DNA of 64,000 nt from Patescibacteria group bacterium. Its GTDB lineage: Bacteria; Patescibacteriota; JAQUNI01. Of this stretch, positions 47,351-57,782 are shown piece after piece. The position numbers were made by a program, and so were the translations under genes. The stretch lies in the NCBI GenBank assembly GCA_028717685.1, contig JAQUNI010000001.1, positions 143,451 to 207,450 of the forward strand. The letters are read 5' to 3'. Within the stretch, counting starts at the first letter, position 1. Each line of letters opens with the position of its first letter. Below the pieces are notes generated by a model. The model saw nothing but the letters and a program-made list of their open reading frames with translations, made no database searches and had not been told where the DNA came from.

Positions 47351-47760
47351 CAAATCTCCAACAATTTCAATCCAATCTCCTCCGAATATTTTCTAGAAAT
47401 TTCAGCGTCCCATTTGCGCACGACGATTTCGCAAGTGGCGGCGACGCGGGCTTCTTTCAAATGTCCGCCGAAAACTTGCATCACGGCGTTCCCTAAAGCA
47501 ATATGGGCATGCAAACCCCCAGCCGTGATAGTCGCCACTAAATTAACAATCTCTAATGGTTCATTAAATTCTTTTTCACTATATTCTTTTTTATCCACAC
47601 GGTAATGGGCAAGCTTAGCATAATCCACCGCCCCTAAACCCCAAAGAATGCCGCTTGCTATTTTTTCTTTTTTTAAAAAATCTTCTACGGTCTTCACAAT
47701 TTCTTCTCCCCGCTCTAATCTCAAAAGATATTCATTTTTAAAAACCTTTTTAATCCTCAT
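47350..47760 (-). CDS. PPC/DUF296-domain protein
   Basis: 136 aa. GLGAVDYAKLAHY ... HAHIALGN matches the DUF296 pattern from memory. Confidence 0.45.
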   Translation of the reverse strand: MRIKKVFKNEYLLRLERGEEIVKTVEDFLKKEKIASGILWGLGAVDYAKLAHYRVDKKEYSEKEFNEPLEIVNLVATITAGGLHAHIALGNAVMQVFGGHLKEARVAATCEIVVRKWDAEISRKYSEEIGLKLLEI

Positions 47761-47809
47761 AAATATATATAAAGACAGAAACAGTTAAAATAAGAGGTGA
47801 AGCCCAAGT

Positions 47810-48094
47810 TCACCTCTCCTCCTCCTTCTTTTGGACCTCAAAAGAGCGCAAAATACCTACAGGGGCTAATCCAGATATTGCACCATTGACCTTTAGCTTG
47901 CCGTCTACTTCAGTCATTTCAAAACTAAATTCCTGGCCATTCTCTAAAGCTTTGAGGTCAAATTTGAGCTTCAAGTCCCTGGGGTCAACGATTTCCATAG
48001 TTCCGGTCAACCTTTGATTATCACGATCAATGGTGACCTCAAAAACCGTTCCTGCCTTTTCTTTCCTCACATTGATCTTTTCTCCACCAAACAT
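47810..48094 (-). CDS. Hypothetical protein (94 aa)
   Basis: An ORF between dnaK and the DUF296 gene in the heat-shock operon. Confidence 0.35.
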   Translation of the reverse strand: MFGGEKINVRKEKAGTVFEVTIDRDNQRLTGTMEIVDPRDLKLKFDLKALENGQEFSFEMTEVDGKLKVNGAISGLAPVGILRSFEVQKKEEER

Positions 48095-48380
48095 TCAAAT
48101 CACCTCTATTTTCTTTAATGGCCAGATTGTAGGATAAATAATTTTAAAATTAAAAATAGCCAATACCTCTCCATAACCAAAACCGCCCCACTAATCCCAT
48201 AACTTAATGGTTTTGGTTTTGGCAAGTACACCCCGCAAGATATTTTGTCCGCGGGGGCGAGGCCCATTTTCAAGAAGATTTTTTCATCTTCTCATTCCTT
48301 CTCGCTAATCTCTAGAGAATTAGCGAGAAGGTATACGAAAAGATAATCTTCCACTAAGTAAGGCAATAAAGAACGATTTA

Positions 48381-48427
48381 CCCCATTAGAAATAAACCGG
48401 GATTAGGAACAAAGTTCTCTAACGGGG
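48381..48427. repeat. Family B palindromic unit abutting the dnaK stop codon
   Basis: ccccattagaaataaaccgggattaggaacaaagttctctaacgggg. Confidence 0.55.
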
Positions 48428-48428
48428 T

Positions 48429-50393
<1,965 letters not shown>

Positions 50394-50415
50394 CTAATTT
50401 TATGTTATCAATTGA

Positions 50416-50460
50416 TCTAGAACGTGTTCTAGAAGATTCACCTTTTAGAACACCTTCTAG
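50416..50460 (-). promoter_or_regulatory. Candidate operator upstream of dnaK: inverted repeat TCTAGAAC-GT-GTTCTAGA plus a second TAGAACACCTTCTAG copy
   Basis: An imperfect 18-bp palindrome at 50416-50433 with a related half-site repeat at 50445-50460. It is not CIRCE. Confidence 0.45.
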
Positions 50461-50499
50461 CCCCGCATCCTCCGAAAAATGAAGATTCGGGGCTTTTAT

Positions 50500-50946
50500 T
50501 TAGTTTTCATTCTCTTTCACCTTGATGGCGATTTTCTTTGCTTCTGGCTTCTCCACCTTTGGCAAAGTAATCTTCAAGATGCCGTTCTCATAATCCGCCT
50601 CTGCTGTCTCACTCTCCACTGAAGTGGGAAGAGCGACAGCGCGGTAGAAGCTTCCGTAGCGCACCTCTTTACGATAATAATCCTTCTTCTTTTCCTCCTC
50701 TTTACTATCGATTTTGCCTTTAATTATAAGCGTGTCATCCTCTACAGAGATATCTACTTTTTCCGGCTCAATGCCTGGCAGAGCTGTTTCCACGACTACC
50801 TCCTTATCAGTCTGATAAACATCCACAGCAGGAATAAACTCTTTCACTTCTGAAAAACGCGGGCAGCAATCCTCACTCCAAGCATCTTCCATCATATCCC
50901 GCATACTGAATAGATCGCGCATCGGTGATAATTTCATGATTGTCAT
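50500..50946 (-). CDS. Hsp20/alpha-crystallin family small heat-shock protein
   Basis: Has an ACD domain (VDVYQTDKEVVVETALPGIEPEKVDISVEDDTLIIKG...GSFYRAVALP). Start MTIMKLSP with a strong Shine-Dalgarno (aaggaggtgattaatATG). Confidence 0.85.
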   Translation of the reverse strand: MTIMKLSPMRDLFSMRDMMEDAWSEDCCPRFSEVKEFIPAVDVYQTDKEVVVETALPGIEPEKVDISVEDDTLIIKGKIDSKEEEKKKDYYRKEVRYGSFYRAVALPTSVESETAEADYENGILKITLPKVEKPEAKKIAIKVKENEN

Positions 50947-51020
50947 ATTAATCACCTCCTTTCTTATTGAATTATGAATTAGGAATAAAATAATTTCCAA
51001 TATTCCTAATTCATAATTCC

Positions 51021-51608
51021 CTATTCAACCTTAACCCTCGCTGGCCGAATAACTTTACCATTCAAGTTATACCCTTTTTGCAAAACCCCCACAATCCGGC
51101 ATTCCTTATTCCCTTCTTGCTTTCCTGCTTCATCAGTTTCTTTCTTTTCCACGGCTTCGCAAGTATAGGGATCAAATTTATCCCCTGCCTTGAGCTCAAT
51201 TTCCCGCAAACCTTCAGATTCTAAAATATTTTGGAAATGATTCTTAATATGTTTAATCCCCTCTACCCAGCTTGTTTTTTCCCAACCCTTGGGCGTATGC
51301 TTTAATGCCTCTTCCATGTGATCCAGAATCGACAGTATCTTTAATAATAATTCTTCATTGGCAAACTTGATTAAATCTAAATTCCTTTTTTCCATTCTTT
51401 TCCGATAATTTTCAAAATCCGCTCTTTCCCTCTGCCAACCCGCCAGATTTTCCTCTGCCATTTTTTTGCATTTCTCCAGCTCTTTGTTGGGGTCCTTTGA
51501 TTGTTGTGTTTTATCCTTCAGGTCTGAAGACCCTTCGGGCCGTTCAGGCTCTGAAGAGCCCTCAGGCTCAAAGAGATCTGAACGATCTTTGTGCTTTGAT
51601 TCTTTCAT
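51021..51608 (-). CDS. grpE: Nucleotide exchange factor GrpE
   Basis: 195 aa with the GrpE coiled coil and C-terminal beta domain (RERADFENYRKRMEK ... GVLQKGYNLNGKVIRPARVKV). Confidence 0.9.
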   Translation of the reverse strand: MKESKHKDRSDLFEPEGSSEPERPEGSSDLKDKTQQSKDPNKELEKCKKMAEENLAGWQRERADFENYRKRMEKRNLDLIKFANEELLLKILSILDHMEEALKHTPKGWEKTSWVEGIKHIKNHFQNILESEGLREIELKAGDKFDPYTCEAVEKKETDEAGKQEGNKECRIVGVLQKGYNLNGKVIRPARVKVE

Positions 51609-51771
51609 TATTAATTTATGAATTGTGAATTGTGAATCCCACCTACGCCCTTCGGGCTTCCACCTTCGCTGAAGCTTCGGCGGACAGGTCGGTGGGCAGG
51701 CATGAATTAGGGATTGAATTTTATAATTTATTATTCCTGATTCCTTATTCCTACTTCCTGATTCCTAACTA

Positions 51772-52551
51772 TTAACTAAATAATTCTAAAATCTGATCTC
51801 CAAATCCCACCATCAACATTCCGCTTATGGTCGCGCCGCCCAAAAATTTAGTAACATAGTCTAAAATAGAAATATTGCGCGCGTAATGCATTCTTTTCGG
51901 ACCAATCAGAGCGATAATCCCTTTTTCACCCGAGGGCAGCTCAAAATGAGACACCATTAAAGCACATTCTTGAGCCTCGCAAAAAGGATTTTCCCCTCCG
52001 ATATATACCTCCAAATCTTGATCCTCGGATCTCGCTAAAACTTTAATATTCTCGTCTAAAAGATCAACCATTTGCGCCATTTCAGAAACTGATTCGGGGC
52101 GCGCGAATTCCGGCTCATTTAAAAGGCGTGAAAGTCCCGAATCAAAAACTAAATCTTCGCCCAGAATGCTTGTGAGAGCGACATTCCCCGTGAGTTTGGC
52201 TAAAAGCTTTGTCAAGTGGTGAAAGAGTTTCGCGTTTGCCGCCCTGGTCTTTAATAGTTCTAGAGCCAATTTCTTCTGCTCTTTACGGGACAAATTTCTA
52301 TCCTGCATTAAATAGTCAATAAAATAGCGATAACCCTTGTCGGTCGGAATGCGTCCCGCGGATGTGTGCGGCTGGAGAATCAAGCCCTTTTTTTCTAGTG
52401 CAACCATTTCATTGCGCATCGTCGCGGTTGAAATATCAAAATGAAATTTTTTGACAATCCTTTCTGAAGAAACAGGCAAAGCGGTCTCCACGTATTCGCG
52501 AATAATCGCTTTTAAGATTTTATTTTGTCTGTCTGAAATTTTAATCTTCAT
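51772..52551 (-). CDS. hrcA: Heat-inducible transcription repressor HrcA (short form)
   Basis: 259 aa with a winged-helix N-terminus (MKIKISDRQNKILKAIIREYVETALPVSSERIVKK), upstream of grpE-dnaK. Confidence 0.85.
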   Translation of the reverse strand: MKIKISDRQNKILKAIIREYVETALPVSSERIVKKFHFDISTATMRNEMVALEKKGLILQPHTSAGRIPTDKGYRYFIDYLMQDRNLSRKEQKKLALELLKTRAANAKLFHHLTKLLAKLTGNVALTSILGEDLVFDSGLSRLLNEPEFARPESVSEMAQMVDLLDENIKVLARSEDQDLEVYIGGENPFCEAQECALMVSHFELPSGEKGIIALIGPKRMHYARNISILDYVTKFLGGATISGMLMVGFGDQILELFS

Positions 52552-52609
52552 AGGATAATATTCTTATTATTTATTTTCCTTTTCTTTAGTTCAAGACTTA
52601 TCCACAGGA

Positions 52610-52636
52610 TTAGCACTCACACTTCCTAACTGCTAA
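52610..52636. promoter_or_regulatory. Degenerate CIRCE-like half element
   Basis: TTAGCACTC-acacttcct-AACTGCTAA. The left arm is perfect and the right arm matches 6 of 9. Confidence 0.4.
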
Positions 52637-52654
52637 TTCCATTATATACCCCTA

Positions 52655-52681
52655 TTAGCACTTGTCAAGTAGGAGTGCTAA
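52655..52681. promoter_or_regulatory. CIRCE operator (HrcA binding site) upstream of hrcA
   Basis: TTAGCACTT-gtcaagtag-GAGTGCTAA matches the CIRCE consensus TTAGCACTC-N9-GAGTGCTAA at 17 of 18 positions. Confidence 0.85.
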
Positions 52682-52782
52682 TGTAGTTTCAAAAGTTAAA
52701 AAAACAAAAGGCAAAAATGGGAAAAATTCTATTAAAAAATCCCATTGGAATAACCAGTGGGTTTGGTTTTTATCTATATCTA

Positions 52783-53763
52783 TTATTTCAAAAGCGCATT
52801 TAATTCGTCGTCAGTGAGTTGTGTCGGCGGCACATTCTGGGGATTGACGCCACCATTTTGCAAGGTGGTCGCGGCCGTATCATAAAACCACTCGGGGACA
52901 CCAGCTAAAAATCCGGGTTTTTGCCATTCCTCTTCGCTGAAGTCTAAGGTGATGCCTTTCTTGGCTGCCTCTGCTTTACGAATTTTTTCGATTAACCCCC
53001 GAAGATCAAAAGTCTTCGCTTGATTGGTAATAATATTGACATGGTCCGAAGACAAGCGCACGATCACGAGATCAACGTGGACATATGCGCGCAAGAATCC
53101 AGGCAAACTCGTGTTATCCGTGTGCACCAAAATCACGCGCACCTTATATTTGCCGCGGCTGCAGACCCACTCACGCGTGGTTTTTTCTTTCTTTAATATC
53201 TTCCATTCTTCAGGCATTAGTTTTGTGCGCTTTTCCTCCTCGCGGTAATAGGCCTCAAAAATTTGTAAAACAATCCGCGCGGCGGCTTTTAAATCCTCTT
53301 GATAGCACTTATTTAAATTCATAATGATCCCTGAAAGACCAAAGGCGCGATCTAAAGGGTCTTCGGAAAGTGTACCCTTGCCCTCTAAATCATCGCGCTT
53401 AGCATAAGCTAAAATTTTCTTGAGAGCTGGATCATCCTGCACGCCCAGGTAAGAAGCCACGATTTCGCTCACACATTGCACCACCTTTTCCCCTTTGCGC
53501 TCCCTGTGATGATCAAAAATTCCTTCCCCGACGTCAATTAAAATATAGCCCTCTTTTCCCAGATCTTCTGCTTTTTTATCTTCCGGAAGATTAGTCCAAA
53601 ATTCCACTTGCGCCTCTTTGACTCCTGGGAATTTCTCCTCCCCAAATCTTTTTAATAAAAACAAAGCCAGCAGGGTATCCGGCTGGAGTTTAGGATAGAG
53701 GATAATTGTATGATATTTTTTATTCATATCTGATCCAATGTTATTGTGAAGAAAAGTAAACAT
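52783..53763 (-). CDS. Hypothetical protein (326 aa) with a D-x-H ... DHH-like motif
   Basis: ILIDVGEGIFDHHRE hints at a DHH phosphoesterase-like metal site. No confident family. Confidence 0.4.
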   Translation of the reverse strand: MFTFLHNNIGSDMNKKYHTIILYPKLQPDTLLALFLLKRFGEEKFPGVKEAQVEFWTNLPEDKKAEDLGKEGYILIDVGEGIFDHHRERKGEKVVQCVSEIVASYLGVQDDPALKKILAYAKRDDLEGKGTLSEDPLDRAFGLSGIIMNLNKCYQEDLKAAARIVLQIFEAYYREEEKRTKLMPEEWKILKKEKTTREWVCSRGKYKVRVILVHTDNTSLPGFLRAYVHVDLVIVRLSSDHVNIITNQAKTFDLRGLIEKIRKAEAAKKGITLDFSEEEWQKPGFLAGVPEWFYDTAATTLQNGGVNPQNVPPTQLTDDELNALLK

Positions 53764-53816
53764 TTCTCTTTACGCTCCTTCATAATCACATTGTACCACA
53801 TTTAGGAAAAAATGTT

Positions 53817-53880
53817 TTGGGGTCTGACATAAATGGTTACAATTACAGATAATTCTCATCAATTATGTATGTCAGACCCC
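53817..53880. repeat. Long-loop hairpin (13-bp arms, ggggtctgacata / tatgtcagacccc) downstream of the 285-aa gene
   Basis: Perfect 13-bp inverted repeat separated by 38 bp, followed on the minus strand by aaaacatttttt. Confidence 0.55.
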
Positions 53881-53886
53881 GGGAAG

Positions 53887-54744
53887 CTAAATTAGTTCCA
53901 CTCCTTTCACTTCCCATCCTTCCTTGCCATCTTCTATGATCTCCTTAAAGATAAAGGAGTCAGTCGACTTGGTGGTACGAAATCCACCATTTGGAGGCAG
54001 AGAAGAATAATGTATTTTACAGCACCATAACTCTCCGCCTTGACGCACTACTGCGCAGCCGACACCTTTACTTTCAGTGAAATAGTCAACTATTCCAAAA
54101 CCATCGTTGGTTAACTTTTCACTATAGTTATAGTGGGGAATGTGACGATCGTCATTTACGCTACCCTTGTGGTCAACCACTTCGTCCCACGTAAGGTGAG
54201 TATATTCAGGAGCCTCATCAAGAACCTGATATTTGAACCTGTCAATTATAACTTGATCAAGACCAACCCAAGGCGCAAAGTAAGGGTTAACTATTGCCGG
54301 TTTTCCATTTTGTTTTACGACCTCCCCACTATAGAGAAGTTGATAACGGAGATAAATACGATAGTCCTGGGACGCAAGGGATACTTGAAAAAATTGGAAT
54401 CCTCCCTTGCCAAGTTTTGCAACCACATATATCTGATTCTTGGGCCACTTGGTAAAGCCTTTGGGAGGCTTACCAATAGTAGACACTGGAAAACGATATG
54501 TGATAGAGTTACCTTCCTGTAATCCTTGGAGAAGTCCAAATGTTGGCGCTTCCTCCTCTTCATCCCTATGTGCGCAGAAGCTTTCCAGGTGATATTTATG
54601 TGGCACTCTGATAACCAGGTCAAGTTTTGTATTAGGCGGTAAAGTACCTATAAGACCTTGCCTGCCAATACTCATATCTTGACCATTTCTCTCTACCGCG
54701 ATCTCCGCATCAGCAACACCGATTCTGAAATTCAACATATTCAT
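53887..54744 (-). CDS. Hypothetical protein (285 aa) with a near-consensus sigma-70 promoter and strong Shine-Dalgarno
   Basis: ataggaggtttctaATG. A promoter TTGACT-17-TATAAT lies about 95 nt upstream. Confidence 0.5.
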   Translation of the reverse strand: MNMLNFRIGVADAEIAVERNGQDMSIGRQGLIGTLPPNTKLDLVIRVPHKYHLESFCAHRDEEEEAPTFGLLQGLQEGNSITYRFPVSTIGKPPKGFTKWPKNQIYVVAKLGKGGFQFFQVSLASQDYRIYLRYQLLYSGEVVKQNGKPAIVNPYFAPWVGLDQVIIDRFKYQVLDEAPEYTHLTWDEVVDHKGSVNDDRHIPHYNYSEKLTNDGFGIVDYFTESKGVGCAVVRQGGELWCCKIHYSSLPPNGGFRTTKSTDSFIFKEIIEDGKEGWEVKGVELI

Positions 54745-54839
54745 TAGAAACCTCCTATGCGAAACTTATAGTTGACACCCAACTAGACACGACTGAGAAT
54801 AATAAACAAAAAAAGAACCATCTAAATCTATGAAACTGG

Positions 54840-54868
54840 ATTATATCATATCTGTCGTAAAAAGTCAA
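54840..54868 (-). promoter_or_regulatory. Sigma-70-type promoter (TTGACT -17 bp- TATAAT) for the 285-aa gene
   Basis: The minus strand reads ttgactttttacgacagatatgatataat. Confidence 0.5.
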
Positions 54869-55001
54869 TAGTTTTAGCATCCCCAATACGTTATTTTTGC
54901 TGAAATAAGCCAAAAATGGCTATTTTTAACCCTGAATTCCGCCCTCTTCCTGACAAGTGGGGTTATTTGTATAGACGCAAAATTTCGTGCCCCCTCCTCA
55001 A

Positions 55002-55031
55002 GAAAAAAGAGACCGCTTTTAAAAGGTCTCT
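55002..55031 (-). terminator. Rho-independent terminator after the ECF sigma factor gene
   Basis: The minus strand reads agagaccttttaaaagcggtctct followed by tttttt. Confidence 0.6.
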
Positions 55032-55037
55032 TATAGA

Positions 55038-55577
55038 TTAGACATAGCCACAACTTCTGGCATACCCTACCAGCAGATCTCGCAGGAGTTGACGTCCTCT
55101 GTGCAATCTGGACATCACTGTGCCTACGGGACATTTAAGAATCTCTGCAGTCTCTTTATATGTATGTCCATATAGAGAAAGGATAATCGCTTCACGACAA
55201 TATTCCGGAAGCGCTTTGATGACTGATGAAACTTCATCATAAAACATATCATACAAAACTTCATCTTCCGGCGTCTTTTCATTAATCAGCTCACCCTCTC
55301 TTTCCGCTTTGTCTATATCCACCTTTTCGGGTTCTCTTCCTTGTTCACGATAACTATTGATAAATAAATTCTGCAAAATTTTTGACAGCCACGCCTTCAT
55401 ATTCGTCCCTTTCTTAAATTTATCAAAGAACTGCCAAGCCCTAAGAAGGGTCTCCTGCGTCAAATCCTCGGCGTCCATCTCGTTTCTCGCCATTCGCAGA
55501 GCATTCTGATAGATATAATTCATCCAAGGCAGGATGAGCTCTGCAGACTTATCTGGCGTTAAAGTGTTATCAGCCAT
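55038..55577 (-). CDS. ECF-type RNA polymerase sigma factor (sigma-70 family, regions 2 and 4)
   Basis: 179 aa. Region 2 is DAEDLTQETLLRAWQFFDKFKKGTNMKAWLSKILQNLFINSYR. Region 4 (HTH) is HTYKETAEILKCPVGTVMSRLHRGRQLL. Confidence 0.85.
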   Translation of the reverse strand: MADNTLTPDKSAELILPWMNYIYQNALRMARNEMDAEDLTQETLLRAWQFFDKFKKGTNMKAWLSKILQNLFINSYREQGREPEKVDIDKAEREGELINEKTPEDEVLYDMFYDEVSSVIKALPEYCREAIILSLYGHTYKETAEILKCPVGTVMSRLHRGRQLLRDLLVGYARSCGYV

Positions 55578-55678
55578 CTTTTCCCCTCCCTTACTCCAGA
55601 AAAATTAATAGCTTCAGTATGTTCTGATGGTCATATATTTTCGCTCACTTCCGGAGCAACTAAGAATACCAAGCTCTT

Positions 55679-55954
55679 TTAAAAAATCCATTTCCTCAAG
55701 AAATAGATCACTGGCGAATAAAGCACTAGCGCGACCATAAGCACAATAAAGGTTTGATAGAGGCGATGATGCGCCGCTCTATCCGAATAAAGGCGCAAGG
55801 TGTTGCGAATAGTATGCTTTATCCACCAACTGCCCACATATAAAGAGAGAATCAACCCAGCGTATTTTACGCTGGATAGGATTAACCGCGCGCATATTGC
55901 CGGCAGTTCATTGAAAAAAAGAACGAATGAGAATAGAAATATTTTCTTTTTCAA
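55679..55954 (-). CDS. Small 2-TM membrane protein (91 aa) upstream of the ECF sigma gene
   Basis: ORF with two hydrophobic helices. An anti-sigma role cannot be established. Confidence 0.3.
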   Translation of the reverse strand: MKKKIFLFSFVLFFNELPAICARLILSSVKYAGLILSLYVGSWWIKHTIRNTLRLYSDRAAHHRLYQTFIVLMVALVLYSPVIYFLRKWIF

Positions 55955-56007
55955 AACAAAAGACCCTCCTTAATATTAGAATCTGAAATCTGGAATTTAT
56001 AATCTCG

Positions 56008-56079
56008 TACCGCCACGGGGATTTGAACCCCGGTTACTGGGCTGAGAACCCAGTGTCCTAACCACTAGACGATAGCGGC
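56008..56079 (-). tRNA. tRNA-Glu (anticodon CUC)
   Basis: The minus strand reads gccgctaTCgtctagtggttaggacActgggTTCTCAGcccagtaaccggggttcaaatccccgtggcggtA. It folds as a cloverleaf with two G-U pairs in the acceptor stem. CCA is not encoded. Confidence 0.8.
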
Positions 56080-56140
56080 AAAAATAGAAATCATTATAAA
56101 TTAAGATAATTTTATCAAATTCAGTTTGAGCACATTTACA

Positions 56141-56334
56141 AATTTTGTTCTCAAATTTTCAATTCTCAATTTTTAATTTTCATTAAATTTTTAATGAATA
56201 AATTTTCAAACCCCGTTAGAAATGATAAATTTCTAAACAGGGCAAACAGTTTAAAAATTAAGTAATTGGAAATTTAATAGAAATTGTCTCGCTATGCGAG
56301 ATCTGGCGAAGCCAGAAAAATTAGAAATTAAAAA
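56141..56334. repeat. Family A inverted-repeat element, copy 6, with family B and C cores
   Basis: The left arm is aaattttcaattctcaatttttaattttcattaaattttt. The cores are ccccgttagaaatgataaatttctaaacaggg and tgtctcgctatgcgagatctggcgaagcca. The right arm is aaaattagaaattaaaaatt. Confidence 0.55.
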
Positions 56335-57621
56335 TTATTTTCTAGACCATTCTTCGTTCTGCCTCACGAGCAGTTCCCGCGCGCGCAAGGGTTCAAACAT
56401 TATGTCTTTAACAATCTTTTCCATCCGCATTGCCTGCGAACCCTTTACGAGAATAATATCATTAGGTTTTAAAATATTCTCAATATCCTCCAAAACCTCG
56501 TCAGTGTAATTATATTCAACGATTCTCTCTTCCGTCATTCCAGCCCGCCGCGCTTCATCCGAAGCAAAATTCGCTCGGTCGCCGACCGTGATTAAAAGGT
56601 CAGCCATTGAACGGGCAACCCGCCCCACCTCTCTGTGACCTCTTTCTGTTTCTGTCCCCAGCTCCAGCATATCGCCCAAAATTGCCACTCTTCTCCTTCC
56701 GGCGGGCGCAACTTCCGCTAACGCGCGCAAAGCGGCGATCATAGAGACAGGCGCGGCATTATAAGTATCGTCAATAATTAAACTATTTTTGATCCCGGGG
56801 AGCATGCGCATTCTGCCTGCTGGCGCTTGAAAATGTTTCAGGCTTTCCGAAATCTTAATCAAATTCATTTTAAAATAAATCCCAACGGCGGCGGCGGCGA
56901 GCGCGGCATAAATCTGATGCCGACCCAAAACTTTTGGCAAATGCACCGGCACACTATTGCCTTTGTAGTTTAATTTGAAGCCTAACCCCCCTTGATTGGA
57001 GATGACACGAATATCTGAAGCCACTATTTCTTCTCGCAAAGGACTTTCCTCATCCTTTAACAGGCCATATTTTAGAATCGGCGACCGACCCTTCATTTCC
57101 GCCACGCGGGGATCATCTCGGTTCAAAACAACAAGACCATCAGCCGCGACTCCCTTGACTAACTTTTCCTTCTCGTCCCGAATCGCTTCTTGCGACGCGA
57201 AAAATTCCAGATGTGAAGGACCAACGGCAGTAACTACGGCGACGTCAGGCCGCGCGATATTCACCAAATAACCAATATCTCCAGGTCGATCCGCGGCCAT
57301 TTCTAAAACTAAAATTTCCGGATATTTTTTGGTCTTGATTAAAACGAGCCGCAAAGCCTGCCCCAAAACATTAAGCCAAGCGCCGATGTTCCTCGCGGGC
57401 GCTTTCACGCCGATAATGGCGAATGGCACTCCCAATTCATTATTATAATTCTCCGCGCTTTTGCGTACCCGTCCAGGAAAGGCGGCGGCAAGGACTGTAT
57501 AGATAGCGTCTTTGGTGGATGTTTTTCCCACGCTGCCAGTCACCGCCACGATCTTGGGGCGGTGTTTTTTCAAGATTTTCCGAGCAGATAAAGCGAGAAT
57601 TTTTTGAAGGAAAGTTTTCAT
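56335..57621 (-). CDS. murF: UDP-N-acetylmuramoyl-tripeptide--D-alanyl-D-alanine ligase
   Basis: 428 aa with a Mur ligase P-loop (VTGSVGKTSTKD) and C-terminal domain. Confidence 0.9.
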   Translation of the reverse strand: MKTFLQKILALSARKILKKHRPKIVAVTGSVGKTSTKDAIYTVLAAAFPGRVRKSAENYNNELGVPFAIIGVKAPARNIGAWLNVLGQALRLVLIKTKKYPEILVLEMAADRPGDIGYLVNIARPDVAVVTAVGPSHLEFFASQEAIRDEKEKLVKGVAADGLVVLNRDDPRVAEMKGRSPILKYGLLKDEESPLREEIVASDIRVISNQGGLGFKLNYKGNSVPVHLPKVLGRHQIYAALAAAAVGIYFKMNLIKISESLKHFQAPAGRMRMLPGIKNSLIIDDTYNAAPVSMIAALRALAEVAPAGRRRVAILGDMLELGTETERGHREVGRVARSMADLLITVGDRANFASDEARRAGMTEERIVEYNYTDEVLEDIENILKPNDIILVKGSQAMRMEKIVKDIMFEPLRARELLVRQNEEWSRK

Positions 57622-57782
57622 AACTCTAAATTTTTATTTCTTAATTTTTAATTTTTAATTTTTAACTAATATTTATTTGCTTATTGATTTATTGCATTGC
57701 CAGGGTCAAATAATTCAATAAGACATTAAAACAATAAAAATCAGCTAAAAATTAAGAAATAAAAATCAAAAATTAAGCATTC
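57622..57782. repeat. Family A inverted-repeat element, copy 7
   Basis: The left arm is aaatttttatttcttaatttttaatttttaatttttaac. The right arm is gctaaaaattaagaaataaaaatcaaaaattaag. Confidence 0.55.

Noticed and set aside
54874-55134. 86-aa ORF overlapping the 3' end of the ECF sigma gene (possible anti-sigma factor)
   Set aside because: It overlaps the sigma CDS by about 97 nt in another frame and spans the sigma terminator hairpin. It has no TM or zinc-finger anti-sigma features.
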